Source of the DNA: the human T2T-CHM13v2.0 reference genome, Homo sapiens
DNA: 64,000 bases
Direction: 5' to 3' (one strand)
Assembly: GCF_009914755.1 (NCBI RefSeq)
Contig: NC_060948.1
Shown: positions 13,051-27,475 of the stretch, one piece after another
How positions within the stretch are numbered: the stretch's first letter is position 1
Layout of the letters: the number at the start of each line of letters is the position of its first letter
Notes under the pieces: generated by a model
Told to the model about the DNA's origin: nothing
Seen by the model: only the letters and a program-made list of their open reading frames with translations
Databases searched by the model: none
Position numbers and translations under genes: made by a program

Positions 13051-14621
13051 AACTATTTGGGTGACAGCTTCAGCTGAGGCCCAAACCTCAGCATCATGCA
13101 ATATAATCATGTAACAAACCTGCACGTGTACCTCCAAATCTAAAATTTACAAATATAAATAAATAAAAATTAAAACATGCAGAATGCATTGGCTAGAAGA
13201 GAAAATTGGAAGCACACCGATAAAAAAACAATAAAAATGTTTTAAAATCATTATTTGAAAACACAAGAAGATGACTTTACATCCTTGATTTAAGAAGAAG
13301 CCTGTTGCAAATTGTTAAATCCACTGATTTCTTAGCCTAATTTTGGCTACTACCAATTATTACTGTTCTTGCAGAAAAATCAGAAAAATTCTGATTTTCC
13401 AGGGTCAGATAATAATTTTTGAAATGTGACTATGTTGTATGTGGTTAGCCTCAATTCTGTTTCCCTGGCACCTGGCCATTGAAATCATACATGGATGTAG
13501 AAATACACATTTGTTATTATTTGCAATATGTATTCATTTTCTTCTGTGATGGAAGCACTTATCATTCATGGCTGTATTGCTAAAATGTTCACATTTAGAA
13601 CTTTCCATTTGCAAGAGTATATTCATCTTAGAAATATCTTGGGTGCTACTCAAGCATTGCCAAATAGTATACAGCAACTATATGGTACCTGGAAATATAT
13701 GGATTTATGATTTCCCTAAAGCACCCAGGAAGGAGATGAAGGATTGAAAGATGCCATACAGCAAAGTAAAAATAGGGTGCAATCACTAATTACTATTTTT
13801 ATGTTGACACTGAAATTTCAGGTGCAGGTTTTTAAGAAATATTCTACGTTGAAAATGGATTTTGTAATGACTTTCCCAGAACAATGCATCTAATTAAATC
13901 TCTTGAAAGAAAAGTGCTTTTCTTTGCTTTAGTAGAACTATAGTAGATAAAATCAATATAAAGATGTGACTTATGCATAGATCTATTGTTAATGCCGTTT
14001 TAAAAAATACTTCCCAAGTGATTTGATTGATGGTTATTTAAAATAAAGTCAATTTTAGACTTTACTTTCTTATAATTATAGCTACTATAGAGCTTTTAGA
14101 CAGTTATTTACAATTTACAAAGATGAATTGACTACTCACCTGTGTGAGCACAGCAACTAACACTGAAGTTATTGCTATACCTGGTGGAATTCAATAATAA
14201 GAGGGTAAAAGTCTATGAAAGTAGCCTAGATAAACATTATTGCTGCAATTCATTGATATAATTTTGTCTAACAATGTAACAATTGCATTAAAGTCAACTG
14301 CTTTACTTGTAACCTGCTCTCATAATAAGAGGAACTAGGCAAATTCAATTAGATGTAGTAAAGTACTAACTTTGGCATGTTTGGTTCTAAGTGTGGAGCA
14401 ATTAAAAAGGAAACAACATTCATTTCATTATTGTATGTGAAATAGGATTATCTTCACAATCCATTTGGCACTTTTCATCAACATATTTATTTTCCATGCA
14501 TCCTCCTGTATCCTAAAATAGCTTTAAATAGTGATTTAAAGAAAGATGTTCTGAATATTTAGTAGCAAAGAGAATAGATCAATTAAAATTAATCATTGGA
14601 AGGTTGCTGGTTGATAATTAG

Positions 14622-14952
<331 letters not shown>

Positions 14953-15453
14953 AGCACTCTGTCTTTATAACTATGGAAAGTAGCCCAGGTATCAGCCACA
15001 ATGTGTTCCTAGATCTTCTTGTATTTTGAAGTCTCCTTTTAATAGTCACACATTGAAGGATGAAGGGCCCACCTCATATCCTGATTTGGTTTCTTATCAC
15101 TATCCCTGGGGACTCCAGAGGAATCCAAGGGACATCCACCCTCTGTCCAGTCCTCATTCAGGTCTAAGGATGAACCTGCCCCATGGCTTCATCCTACTAT
15201 GAATGCCAAGCACCTGTCAGGATTCCATCTGCAAACCCTACCCCAGTGATTTCAGACCTCCTACAGGGCACTCTGACAAAACAATGGAAGGTGTGGGCCA
15301 TGGTGACTTCAAATTAAATATTAGAAATTCCAGTCTTAAGAATTTTATTTTCTTCTGAGAGCACAGGCTTTATCTGAGCTCTCTCTTTTCAGATCAGACC
15401 CAAAAATTTCACTCTTCACACTCAAGGGGGAAATTCAAGGCATTTCTCTCAAT

Positions 15454-15776
15454 CAGGAGTTGGCAAGCATTTTCCATAAAGGTCTGGATAAAGAACAATT
15501 TAGACTTTGTAGGACTGACAACCATCTCTGTCTCAGCTATTCACTTCTGCCACTATAGCATGACAACAGTCACAGACACTACGTAAGAGATTTGGTGTGA
15601 CTATGTTTTAATGGATATACACTGGAATGTGAAATTTTTATGACACTCATACGCCAAGAAAGACTCTTATTTGTTTTCAACATGCAAAATGAAAACTCTA
15701 TTTGTGTAGTTTGCAGTCCATGTGAATACAGGTTTTGCATGGATTTGGCCCTGAGATCATAGTTTTCCATGTCCTA
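15454..15776 (+). mobile_element. MER58B-like hAT-Charlie element
   Basis: CAGGAGTTGGCAAGCATTTTCCATAAAGG...CTCAGCTATTCACTTCTGCC...GGATTTGGCCC. Confidence 0.7.
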
Positions 15777-15916
15777 CCATAAAAGATAAGTATCACTTTG
15801 GCTATGCTTCTTAAACACTAACCCAGTACATGGAAACTGCAACAGACAGATTTCTTTAAGTAACATAATTAAAGAGTTTTACTACACCCAAAAAGACTTA
15901 TCTTGAACAGAAATTG

Positions 15917-16380
15917 GACTTAGTGGGGGGCAGGACTCAGGCTTATAATCCCAGCATTTTGAAAGTTTGAAGTGGGAGGATCACTTGAACTCAGGAGTTT
16001 GAGACCACCCTGGGCAACATAGAGAGACTCCATCTCTACAGAAAAATACATTTACAAAGAAAATTAGTCAGTTGTGTTTGTCCCAACACAACTACTGGGA
16101 GACTGAGGTGGGAGGATGGCTTGAGTTTAGAAAGTCAAGGCTGCAGTAAGCTATGATTGCATCACTGCACTCCAGGCTAAGTGACAGAGCAAGACCCTGT
16201 CAGAAAGAAAGAGAAAGAGAGAAAAGAGAGGAGAGAGAGACAGGAAGAAAGGAAGCAAGGCAGGAAGGGAGGAAGAAAGGAAGGAAGGGAGGAAGGAAGG
16301 AAACAAGGAAGGAATGAAGGAAACGGCAGAAAAGATCGCAAGAAAGAGAAAGAATGAATGAAAAGAAGAAAGAAAAAGAA
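15917..16380 (+). mobile_element. AluJ followed by a purine-rich (GGAA/GAAA)n tail
   Basis: GGAGGATCACTTGAACTCAGG, GTCAAGGCTGCAGTAAGC; tail 16201-16380. Confidence 0.85.
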
Positions 16381-17116
16381 ATTAGTCCTAGAATCAGAAA
16401 ACCTTGATTTCAGGCCTAACTCAGGTGCACCTGTTTTGGAACTTCTGAAAACAAGACCTGACTACTAAATTCCTAATGTAATAAAACAATAATAATTCCT
16501 ATCTTGTCCAATCCTGTGGATTTCTGAGCAGTTGATATGAAGGAATGTAGAGAAAGGCTGCACTCCACATTCTTTCCTACCAATGAGGGTCATAGCAAAG
16601 AGGTTTTATGTGGCTAGGATTTGATTCTTTGGGCCTCAAAGGAGGAAACCTATTACCTGCATGCATTGCAACATACACCTCCAGAAAAGGCAGTGAAGTT
16701 TGACCAGACTTGTTCTCTCTTATTCTGCCTTTGTATAAAAAAATCAGCAGATATGACTCTGTGGCCACAGCTTAGTCATGATCATGGGATTCTCCCCAAT
16801 GTGAAAATCATGCTGTAGTGCTTGGTTCAGTAGCAACTCTTCACTTCAAAGGTTGGTGATCAGTGAAGCTCTGTTCATTTGAATCAACCAGGTTTGCCTT
16901 ACAAGGTTCTCCTGCAGTCTCTATCCTTAGCCTCTGAAATAATTTGTCTGCATCGTCCTGCTACAGATCACCAGGCAGAGAGTTGAGGTAAGATTCCAGT
17001 GCAACTGAAATATTTATATTCCATTTTTAAAGTTTTATGACTCCAAATCTCTTCAACAGGCAGAGAGATTAGGTGAGATTCCAGGCAATTGCTCACTTAA
17101 AAATGTTATGATTCCA

Positions 17117-17747
17117 GGCCAAGCATGGTGGCTCACGCTTGTAATTCCAGCACTTAGGGAGGCTTACGTGGGTGGATCACTTGAGGCCAGGAATTTGAGA
17201 TGAGCCTGGGCAACATGGTGAAACTCCATCCCTATAAACAACACAAAAAAATAACTGGGCGTGGTGGCATGTATCTACGGTCGCAGCAATTTGGGAGGCT
17301 GAGGTGGGAGGATAGCTTGAGCTCAGGGAACAGAGGTTGCAGTGAGATGAGACCATCCCGTGGCACTCCAGGCTCAGTAACAGAGTGAGACCCTGCTAAA
17401 AATAAAAAATAGGAAAAAAAAAAAAAAAAAAAGACTTGACTCCGTGGCTCAAGCCTGTAATTCCAGCACTTTGGGAGGCCGAGGCGGGTGGATCACAAGG
17501 TCAGGAGTTCAAGATCAGCCTTAGAAAGACGGTGAAACCTTGACTCTACTAAAAGTACAAAAAAAATTATTAGCAGGGCATGGTGGTAGGTGCCTGTAAT
17601 CCCAGCTACTCAGGAGGCTGAGGCAGAGAATTGCTTAAACCCAGGAGGCGGAGCATTCAGTGAGCCAAAATCGCTCCACTGCACTCCAGTCTGGTTGACA
17701 GAGCAAAACTCTGTCTCAACAAAAAAAAAAAAAAAAAAAAAAAAAAG
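17117..17747 (+). mobile_element. Tandem AluJ (17117-17432) and AluS (17443-17747)
   Basis: two head-to-tail dimers, each with poly(A). Confidence 0.85.
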
Positions 17748-18281
17748 GATTCCAAATTTTTCTATGTTGTTTTTGTTTTAGTGCTTTAAATTTTTTAAAT
17801 ATTTTATGTTCACTTTTATTTATTTTTTTCCACTTAACTTTTATATTTTGTTGAAAAAAAATTTCCAACTCCCCAGTCAACTTTTAAAAATATTTTTGAC
17901 ACGCAATCTCTAACTCTACTACCTTGAAAAACTGTGGTGACATAGACCCTCTACTTGGAATTTATGGCACTAAGCAAACCCACCTATAAATACCACGTAT
18001 GTTAATTGTGTAAAATACAATGCCTGAGGGATAATGAAGAATTTTCAGGGTGTTCAATTTCTCAGGTTGTCTATAATTTTAGTCTCAGTGCTTAATAAGC
18101 AATAAACACATAGAGGACTCCTGGCACACTTAACAAAAATAATTAGTTGAAATAAATGATCTTATTTTTTAAGGCACAGAGAACCTACAGAAAAAGTTTT
18201 GTGTACTCTCAACTTAAAATTTATTTAAGAAGGAATGCCTTCTCAGGTTGGAAGATCCCATTAGGTCCAAGTGGAGACCAG

Positions 18282-18338
18282 GCCCGCCTCGGCCTCCCAA
18301 AGTGTTGGGATTATAGGCATGAGCCACCGCGCCTGGCC
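18282..18338 (-). mobile_element. Alu 5'-end remnant (first ~57 nt only)
   Basis: GCCCGCCTCGGCCTCCCAAAGTGTTGGGATTATAGGCATGAGCCACCGCGCCTGGCC. Confidence 0.85.
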
Positions 18339-19421
18339 CCCAGAATTTTTAAATTGATTCTTCATGGAATTTTTCTTGTTTCAATTTCCTAGAAAAAGTT
18401 GTGGTGTGCTTTCTTTCTTCTCTGATAGCCATGAAATCAAATTTCTAAATGATGCCAAACAGGGAGTTGGAAAATTAAAAAAAAAAGTCATTTATACTGG
18501 TTGAAGTCCAGCCCAAATTGAGACTGACTTAATGGCTAGACCAAATTGGTTGTTCAATGTCAAGGTCTATCAAAGCAAACTGAGTGTACTTCCCTTTCAG
18601 ATGACTGCAGACTTATTAAGAGAGCTGATCCATTTCTAAAAAACAACAAAAACAACCCCAACTCCCCAACAACTTCGAATTTGTGTTTTGTCTGACATAC
18701 CAATCTCCTGTCTTGGTTTTAGATTATGTTGGATAAATCCGCAGTATCTTTCACGATTATGTTTCTTTTGGCTCTATATAAGTTTGTTTGGAGGATTGTT
18801 GTTGAGTATTTCAACACATGGTTTAGTAAGAAAATCTTCTGGGTGTGAGAATAGAATATGACTGGTGATTTGTCCTTTTATCCCATTTTTCAGTTTATCT
18901 CAAGGGAAAGCACTCTTCCAAATAAGAATATTGCTATATATTTGCTTATCTTGGAAGAAGCCCCTCTGGAAATTAAAAGGGCAACATGGTGAACACTCAT
19001 CAGTTTTGCAACCATTAAAGTGAAGTGGATTCGCTTTGGGCTATTTGTTTTTCTTGACACTTATTTTTCTTGAATTCTCTCTGAGGCCTTGATTGACACT
19101 CCCTTAAAATATGTAACACTCAGAAAGATTCAGGGCAGATAAAACCAATTCCAGCCAAATGGTAAAAACCAAAGCAGAATGGGAAAATCTGGTTAACAAC
19201 TAAAACTTCCTCACATACTCAATTTCAGTCCCAATGTCAATGACAAATGCAACCTGCAAAGAAGTCAATCTTAGGACATCCACAAAGAGCTCAGTATTTC
19301 AATGTGCTTCTGGGTCTAAATGTTTTGAAAGTAGGGGAAATGTAGTTCTCCTCATGAAGTGCAATTAAATAAACTTTGTTCACACGCTGAGAAAACACAA
19401 ACACTGCATGTTAACTGCCTG

Positions 19422-19720
19422 TTTTTATTTTTAAGAAACAGGGTCACTCTTTGTTGTCCAGGCTAGAGTACACTGGTGAGATCATGACTCACTGCAGCCT
19501 CAAAGTCTTGGGCTCAAGTGATCCTCCTGCCTCAGCCTTGAGAATAGCTAACAGTACAGGCACACAGCTGCATGCCCAGCCAATTTTTTTTCTTTATTTT
19601 GTAGAGATGAAGGCTTGCTGTATTGCCTAAGATGGTCTCAAACTCCTGGCCTGAAGTGATCCTCCGGCCTTGGCCTTCCAAAGTGCTGGGATTAGAGATG
19701 TGAGTTACCATGCCCAGCCA
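19422..19720 (-). mobile_element. AluJ
   Basis: CTCACTGCAGCCTC...GGGCTCAAGTGATCCTCC. Confidence 0.85.
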
Positions 19721-20010
19721 GCTACCCACTCTTAATGCAAGCAATTTTCCACAAAAAGTTCATTGACTTTATTATAATAAACTGATGTGGTGTTGTGGAA
19801 ACCTAGCCAAAGTATTTTCCATAACATTTTTTTTCTCATCGCCTCTTCACCATAGTTCCCTGGTTTTCATCCTCAGTAAAAATTGATAGTTATGCCCCAT
19901 GAATCATATTTAAATGAGAATAAATTTAAAGAAATAATAATAATCACTTTATAACCATCAAAAGGTCTTTCATATCAGTTACTTCCCTATCCAGAAATAT
20001 CCCCAGCTGA

Positions 20011-20451
<441 letters not shown>

Positions 20452-21375
20452 TCAACAGAACATTTCAACTGCCACTGTGTGAAAGTAAATATGAATGACC
20501 ATGTAGGAGTAGAGCTTTTCAATTTGTTTAATAGCCTTACTATTCTTCGTGAAAGCTGCCTATGTTTTCATCTCCCGAGAAAACTGAGTACGAGAAATCA
20601 AACTTAGCACATTCCTGCAGTTAACTTCTCAAATTGTTTCCTGTCTGTCATTTTTCTCTCATAAAGTAAAATATTCATCCACTGCAAATGTTCAAATTCA
20701 ATCACTATATTACTTTTGCTGAAATGTCTACTTCAGTAAGAGAAAGCAGGAGATATTTTAATAATGAAATAGTATAAAAGGTTTCACTAAAAACAACTAA
20801 AATTTTGTGTTACCACTATTAATCCCTTTAAAGTATGTGGTACATGTTTAAATTCCTCTGTCTCAACAAAACAAACTTCCATCATGTTCACAGAACAAAA
20901 AAAGTGCTTCAAATTATATCATTTAATTATAGTTTCATATGTTTGTGAACTATATGACATTGGCTTGTGAAAAAAAAAAAATTTTCCCAGTCCTTGACTT
21001 CGAATGACAGATATGGAATACTGTCTTGATGACTCAGGTTGAGTGAGAATGTCTACTGTAATTGTGTCTGATTCATTCCCAACTGTCCAGTAAGATCAAT
21101 TCTAAGTCTTCCATTGGAGAGTTAGGGGAAAGGGCTGTTGCTGTCATATTTAATAACAAGAAAGTTATCACAATTACTCTGTCTAATTTGTTTATTGTGC
21201 ATTTTGTTGAAATATAAAATTTCTTAGTCATGTTGTTATAAAATATTTAAATATTATTGGTAATACAAATAAGTAAAAGCCATATATTATGGGAAGATAT
21301 CACCAAATTCATTGAAACTAACTTTAATACATGCCTCCTAAACATATTAGTAAAGCCCCACACCTAACAGCTCAG

Positions 21376-21677
21376 TTTTTCTTTTCTTTTTTTTTTTTTT
21401 TAAGACAGAGTCTCCGTGTGGGCTGGAGTGACAATGGTGTGATCTTGGCTCACCGTAAACTCTGCCTCCTGGGTTGCAGCAGTTTTCCTGCCTCAGCCTC
21501 CTGAGCAGCTGAGGTTACAGGCGCTTGCCACCATGCCCAGCTAATTTTTGTATTTTTAGTAGAGACACAGTTTCACCATGTTGGCCAGGCTGATCTTGAA
21601 CTCCTGACCTCAGGCGATCCACCTACTTCGGTACCCCAAAGTGCTGGGATTACAGGCATGAGCCAAGGTGCCTGGCC
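21376..21677 (-). mobile_element. AluSx-like
   Basis: full dimer; TSD ACAGCTCAGTTT. Confidence 0.85.
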
Positions 21678-21844
21678 ACAGCTCAGTTTCTTCTAGGCCC
21701 ATGTCCCCGTCACTCCCAACCCCAGATCATAAGAACTTCACTCCACCTCCTTTGGAGAAAAAGGCCTCAGCCAAGGAAAGGAATCAATCTCCAACAGCAT
21801 TGTAACCAAATATGCCTATTATTTTAAATACAAAAAGCTAAATT

Positions 21845-22260
21845 TTAAATAATAGCCACTCTAACTTATGTGAAGTGGTATCTCATTGTGGCTTTAATTT
21901 GCGCTTCTCTGATGACTCGAGATGTGGAGTATTTTTTCGTGTTTATTGACTGCATGTATGTCTTCTTTTGAGAAATGTCTATTCATGTCCTTGGCCCACT
22001 GTTTAATGGGGTCATTTGTTTTTTCCTTGTTAAATTGCTTATGTTTCTTATGTCCTTATAGATTCCAGATATTAGAACTTTACTGTATGCATAGTTTGCA
22101 AATATTTTCTCTCTCGATAGTTTTCTTTGTTGTGCAGAAACTCTTTAGTTAAACTAAGTCTCATTTCTCAATTATTGTTCCTGTTGTGATTGTTTGTGAG
22201 GTCTTAGTCTAAATTTGTATTTTCTCATGGTAGGTTTTATGGGGTTAGGTTTTTGATAGT
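21845..22260 (-). mobile_element. L1 (L1PB/L1MA-like) ORF2 3' fragment
   Basis: GGTATCTCATTGTGG, TGTCTTCTTTTGAGAAATGTCTATTCATGTCC, GTGCAGAAACTCTTTAGTT. Confidence 0.75.
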
Positions 22261-22669
22261 TATTAAGCTTACAAATATTAAAACTCAAGACTGGTTTATA
22301 ACAACAGGCCATTGCCAAAAAGCATGGGTCCTTTTAAAATGTCTGGCTCCATGCTCAAAGGACAAAGTGATCAGTTAAAAAGGGTTTCACTAGACTTGTA
22401 ACAATCATTTAATTATTTTACATAAAATTACAATAAAACCAATTGGGACAAGCTGCATTTGTGAAAAGCCATCAAACCCCAACATAGATGGAAATGGAAA
22501 AGCTAAACTACAGTTAACCAGCAAGTAGATATATAGATATAGACTATAATTATACACTATGTTTCACTGTTTTATTAATTGGGCATCAATTAATCAATTT
22601 TTTAACTCTTGAAAGGTATTCCATATAATGCAAGAATTATTCACATTGCATCTTCCAGTTCTCCCTAAT

Positions 22670-23085
22670 AGCTGCGGTGGTCTCCTAGACCAATTTGCAC
22701 TTGATCATGACAGTTAATCTCTCGTATTTCAGAATTTAAAAAAATGTCATTGTTAAACGCAGTGTCCATTAAAAATTTAATTTTACAATCTTAAAAATAC
22801 ATACATTATTTTAAAAGGTAATACATGGTCAAAAGTCATTACTAATTATTATGCTTCATTTTACTATTATCTCTACTCTTGCGGTTATTTAAACCTGTTT
22901 CATCTTCATTGTGGAAACCCTCTAAAATCCTATACTAATGCACCTCTCTTTGCATGTCCATGCTCTGGGATTTCACTTTGATATATGAAGTTGGACAGAA
23001 TCCAAGTAAATACACTTTGGAATTCAGTAAATCCTACTAATCAAAATTTCCGCCTCTGACACTTGTTAATATTTACCACCATGCT
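22670..23085 (+). mobile_element. MER63-like hAT-Blackjack remnant
   Basis: CATTTTACTATTATCTCTACTCTTGCGGTTATTT; TTGTTAATATTTACCA. Confidence 0.45.
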
Positions 23086-23145
23086 TCATGTAGAATTCTT
23101 CCCCATAATATAAACAAACATTTTCTGAGGACAATGCCTAATACC

Positions 23146-23456
23146 TTTCGTTTTGTTTTTTGTTTTGTTTTGGAGACAATGTCTTGTTCCAGTGCCCAGG
23201 CTGGAATGCAGTGGTGCCATCACAGCTCACTGGAGACTTGAACTCCTGGGCCCAAGTGATTCTCATGCCACAGCCTCCACAGTAGCTGGTACTATAGTTG
23301 TGCACCTCCACACCCAGATAATTTTTTGTATTTTTGGTAGATACAGAGTCTCACTACCTTGCTCAGGCTTGTCTGTAATTCCTGCATTCAAGTGATACTC
23401 CTGCCTTGGCCTCCCAGATTGTTGGGTTTACAGGCATGAGCCAATGTTCCTGGTCC
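23146..23456 (-). mobile_element. AluJ
   Basis: CATCACAGCTCACTG...AACTCCTGGGCCCAAGTG. Confidence 0.85.
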
Positions 23457-23983
23457 CATCGCCTTTCTGAACAAATTAACACACTGAGTAACGTACTGAG
23501 TATATCCACCTCAGTAAACTTTTTTTTACATACTTTTGGTGAATGTTTATTGATGCTATTTGAAGACATGGTAACATTTTATAATTTGTCCCTTAAGTCA
23601 TAGATTCAGTGCCTTATAGAAATATTTATCAGCTTATTGTTCATTATCCCCACCACCACCTCCAGGAAGACAATTTAGATGTATTTTTAAAATTTGGCCC
23701 CGCCATGTGATTTTCACACTGCCAACAGATCTGTTTTTGCTTGTCTACACTATGTAAATCTTTATACATAAAAGACTAGCTTTTTGGCGCCTCAAGGACC
23801 ATTTTTTACTCCCCAGAGGTTGACATTATCCTGTCAAGAAGGGAAGTCTAATAGTTTAACAACACTATTTGCTGATGTTGTTACTCATTCCTTGTTAGCT
23901 AAGCCATATCCTGTGAAACTCTTCTTCAGTATTTTGCTCATGTCTTTTGCTGTGTCTGCTTCTGGATAGAAACAAGAATTCTT

Positions 23984-24279
<296 letters not shown>

Positions 24280-24304
24280 TTCTTTAAAGTCCTACCTATA
24301 GCAT

Positions 24305-24874
24305 TGTGTCCAGAATTTATTCCTTCTGGTGGGTTCTTGGTCTTGTGACTTCAAGAATGAAGCCATGGACCGCCGCAGTGAGTGTTACAGTTCTTAAAGA
24401 TGGTGTGTCCAGAGTTTGTTCCTTCACATGTTCAGATGTGTCGGGAGTTTCTTCCTTCCTGTGGGTTTGTGATCTCGCTGACTTCAGGAATGAAGGTGCA
24501 GAGCCTAGCAGTGAGTGTCACAGCTCATAAAGGCAGTGTGGACCCATAAAGTAAGCAGCAGCAAGACTTATTGTGAAGAACCGAAGAAGAAAGCCACCAC
24601 ACCAAGAAAGCAGATGCTAGCAAGTTGCTGCTGCAAGCTCTGGTGGCCAGCTTTTGTTCCTTTATTTGGCCCCAACCACATCCTGCTGATTGGTCCATTT
24701 TACAGAGTGCTGATTGGTCCATTTTACAGAGTGCTGATTGCTGATTGGTGCTTTTTTTACAGAGTGCTGATTGGTGTGTTTACAATCCCTTAGCAAGGCA
24801 CAGAGTGCTGATTGGTGCATTTACAATCCTTTGGTCTCCACACGACCGGGAAGCTCAGCTGGCTTCACCTCTCA
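24305..24874 (-). mobile_element. Solo short-type LTR12 (ERV9 LTR)
   Basis: reverse complement starts TGAGAGGTGAAGCCAGCTG and ends GGACACA; tandem GCTGATTGG (CCAAT) repeats; 4-bp TSD GCAT at 24301-24304 and 24875-24878. Confidence 0.92.
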
Positions 24875-25342
24875 GCATTATTATCTACATAAGTCAAGAC
24901 ATGCTTAAGAGACTCTCTAAGCCTCAATTTTCTTAACTGTGTTATGGAGTGATCAAAGACCATCTTCCCCCACTTATTGAAAATATTCAGGAAGAGGTTG
25001 CATGTGGAAAACTCAACCCCATTCTCTGATTACAAGTGAATCACTCTTCCCCTTAAATATTTTTCCACATTCCAGTTTGGTCAGTTTCATTTCAGTAGAT
25101 GAGAGCATCTTAAATACTATTTATAAACACAATCTTATGTAGACCAGATGAAAATATTTATCTTTGTATCAATAGTTTGCTGTCTCTCGGTGCATGTGTG
25201 TTTGTCTGTGTGTGTGTGTGTGCATATCTCTCTCTGTTTATCTGTCTCTCTCTTTTTACTCTGGCTTTTTTCTGCTTCCTCTCTCTCCTTACTTTCTTCC
25301 CTTTAGCAAAATAGTAAGTGGGCTTAAAACACCTGGACTACG

Positions 25343-25646
25343 GGACGGGTACGGTGGTTCACACCTGTTATCGCAACACATTCGGACGCCAAGCAGATAG
25401 ATTGCTTGAGCCCGGGAGTTTGAGACCATCCTGGCCAACACCGTGTAACCCTGTCTACTAAAAATAACTAAATAATTAGCTGGCGTTGGTGGCATATGCC
25501 TAGATTCTCAGCTACTGGTGAGGTTGAGGCAGGAGAATCGCTTGAGCCCTAAGTAGGAGGAGGTTGCAGTGAGTCGAAATCAGGCTACTGCACACCAGCC
25601 TTACAGAGAGGGATACTCTATCTAAAACAAAACATCAACAAAAATA
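25343..25646 (+). mobile_element. Diverged Alu (J/S)
   Basis: GGAGTTTGAGACCATCCTGGCCAAC...GAGGCAGGAGAATCGCTTGAGCCC. Confidence 0.8.
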
Positions 25647-26284
25647 CGTAGAGTACCGGGTGGGAAAAAGGCCAAAAATTGGAAGCAGAGTGAAAGGAAA
25701 GCCCTGTGGATAGCAGGCTGCTTCAAGACACGCAGAAGGAAACATTTGTTTCTCTAGGAGTCCTCTACCAGGGTAATTCAGCTTCTAAACCAATGCAGGG
25801 TGTTTGACCTCCACAATAAATGAAAAGTGCATGTCCTTAATTAAGCAAATGATGGCTTGATGGGAAGCCAGACTGTGGAGGAGTGAGCCATTGGAGGGAA
25901 GATATCTTTGCTTCTCTGACAAGGCAGGGGTGGTGCAAACTGATTGATACCCAGAAAGACCCAGTGTCTGCAGCCCAGGGAACATTGCGGTGAAGTATGT
26001 CCCCATCTAATTTGGTAATTTAAAGTGCCAACAAAGGGGAGAACAAAAGTCTTGTGAGTTGCTAGTGACTGCCTAGTTTTTGTGCTGGTTTTCTGTTCAT
26101 ACAGAGCAGACAAATTAACGGGGAAAATTCCTCTAGGGGGAGGCTCTCTGAAGTGTCAGAATCACTCTCCCCAAGCTCTGGGGAACTAGCCAGGTGGGGA
26201 TGGCCAGAGGAAATTCAAACTCAGGACGTGTGTGTCTGTGTGTGTGTGTGTTTCAGAGGCTTCACCTATGTATAAAAATAAATG

Positions 26285-26935
26285 TGCCAGGTGTGGTGGC
26301 TCATGATTGTAATCTCATCACTTTGGGAGGCTGAGGTGAGAGGATCACTTGAGGTTAGGTGTTTGAGACCAGCCTGACCAACAAAGTGAAACCCTAGAAA
26401 TACAAGCATAGTGGTGGTGCATGCTTGCAATACCAACTACTTGGGAGGCTGAGACAGAAGAATCGCCTGAACCCTGGAGGCGAAGGTTGCAGTGAGCCAA
26501 GATCACCCACTGCTCCTCAGCCTGGGCAACAGAGCAAGACTCTTATATCAAAAACAAACAAACAAACAAACAAATAAATAAGTGAAGATAGTTTAAAAGA
26601 GAGTTATAAAAATCATGAAATCTTTGTTTGTTTGTTCGTTTGTTTGAGAGGGAGTTTCACTCTTGTTTCCCAGGCTGGAGTGCAATGAATGGCACAATCT
26701 CAGCTCACTGCAACCTCCGCTTCCTGGGTTCAGGCGATTCCCCTGCCTCAGCCTCCTGAGTAGTCAGAATTACAGGAGCCTGCCAGCACACCAGGCTATT
26801 TTTTTTTCTCTATTTTTGGTGGAGATGGGGATTCACTGTGTTGGCCAGGCTGGTGTCGAATTGCTAACCTCATGATCCACCCACCTTGGCCTCCCAAAGT
26901 GCTGAGATTACAGGTGTGAGTCACCGTGGCCATCC
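26285..26935. mobile_element. Tail-to-tail inverted Alu pair: Alu(+) 26285-26580 and AluS(-) 26623-26935
   Basis: (CAAA)n tail facing (TTTG)n tail; second Alu has TSD AAAATCATGAWATCTTT. Confidence 0.85.
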
Positions 26936-27419
26936 AAAATCATGATATCTTTTAAATACACACAATGAAATAGTTGATACTTTCAGCACATAAAAGAAAA
27001 TACAGTGATTGTCTATATCCTAAAGAATCTCATGTTGGGGCCCTGCTGTTATTGATGATGAAGCAGTTGATGTGTGAATTTCTTACCCCTGGGTCTCCTT
27101 CCTCATCCTGCCTCCTCTTCTTGAGGCTGGAAGTGTGGCCACAGGTTGATGCCTGGAAGTCGGTCAGGAGGGTGCTGTCCTGGGACAGGCAGCCTCTTGT
27201 GCAACTCTGAACACAAGGATGGTTCTCAAAGAGGCTGAGGTCTCAGGTCAAGGAAGGGCTTCTCAAAGGAAAAGTGTGAGAGAGCCTGAAGTTTATGAAG
27301 GGCAGCCTACAGGTCCCTCACAGGAAGCAGAATTCACTACATTTTACAATCCTTGCTTGTCACTGCCCAGTTCCGTCCAAGGGGGAAAAATGTGGTTGGA
27401 GGGGTGGTGGCTGTGGGAT

Positions 27420-27421
<2 letters not shown>

Positions 27422-27455
<34 letters not shown>

Positions 27456-27475
27456 CAGAGAGAGAGAGAGACAGA
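27422..27475. repeat. (GT)n(GA)n compound microsatellite
   Basis: direct reading. Confidence 0.95.
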
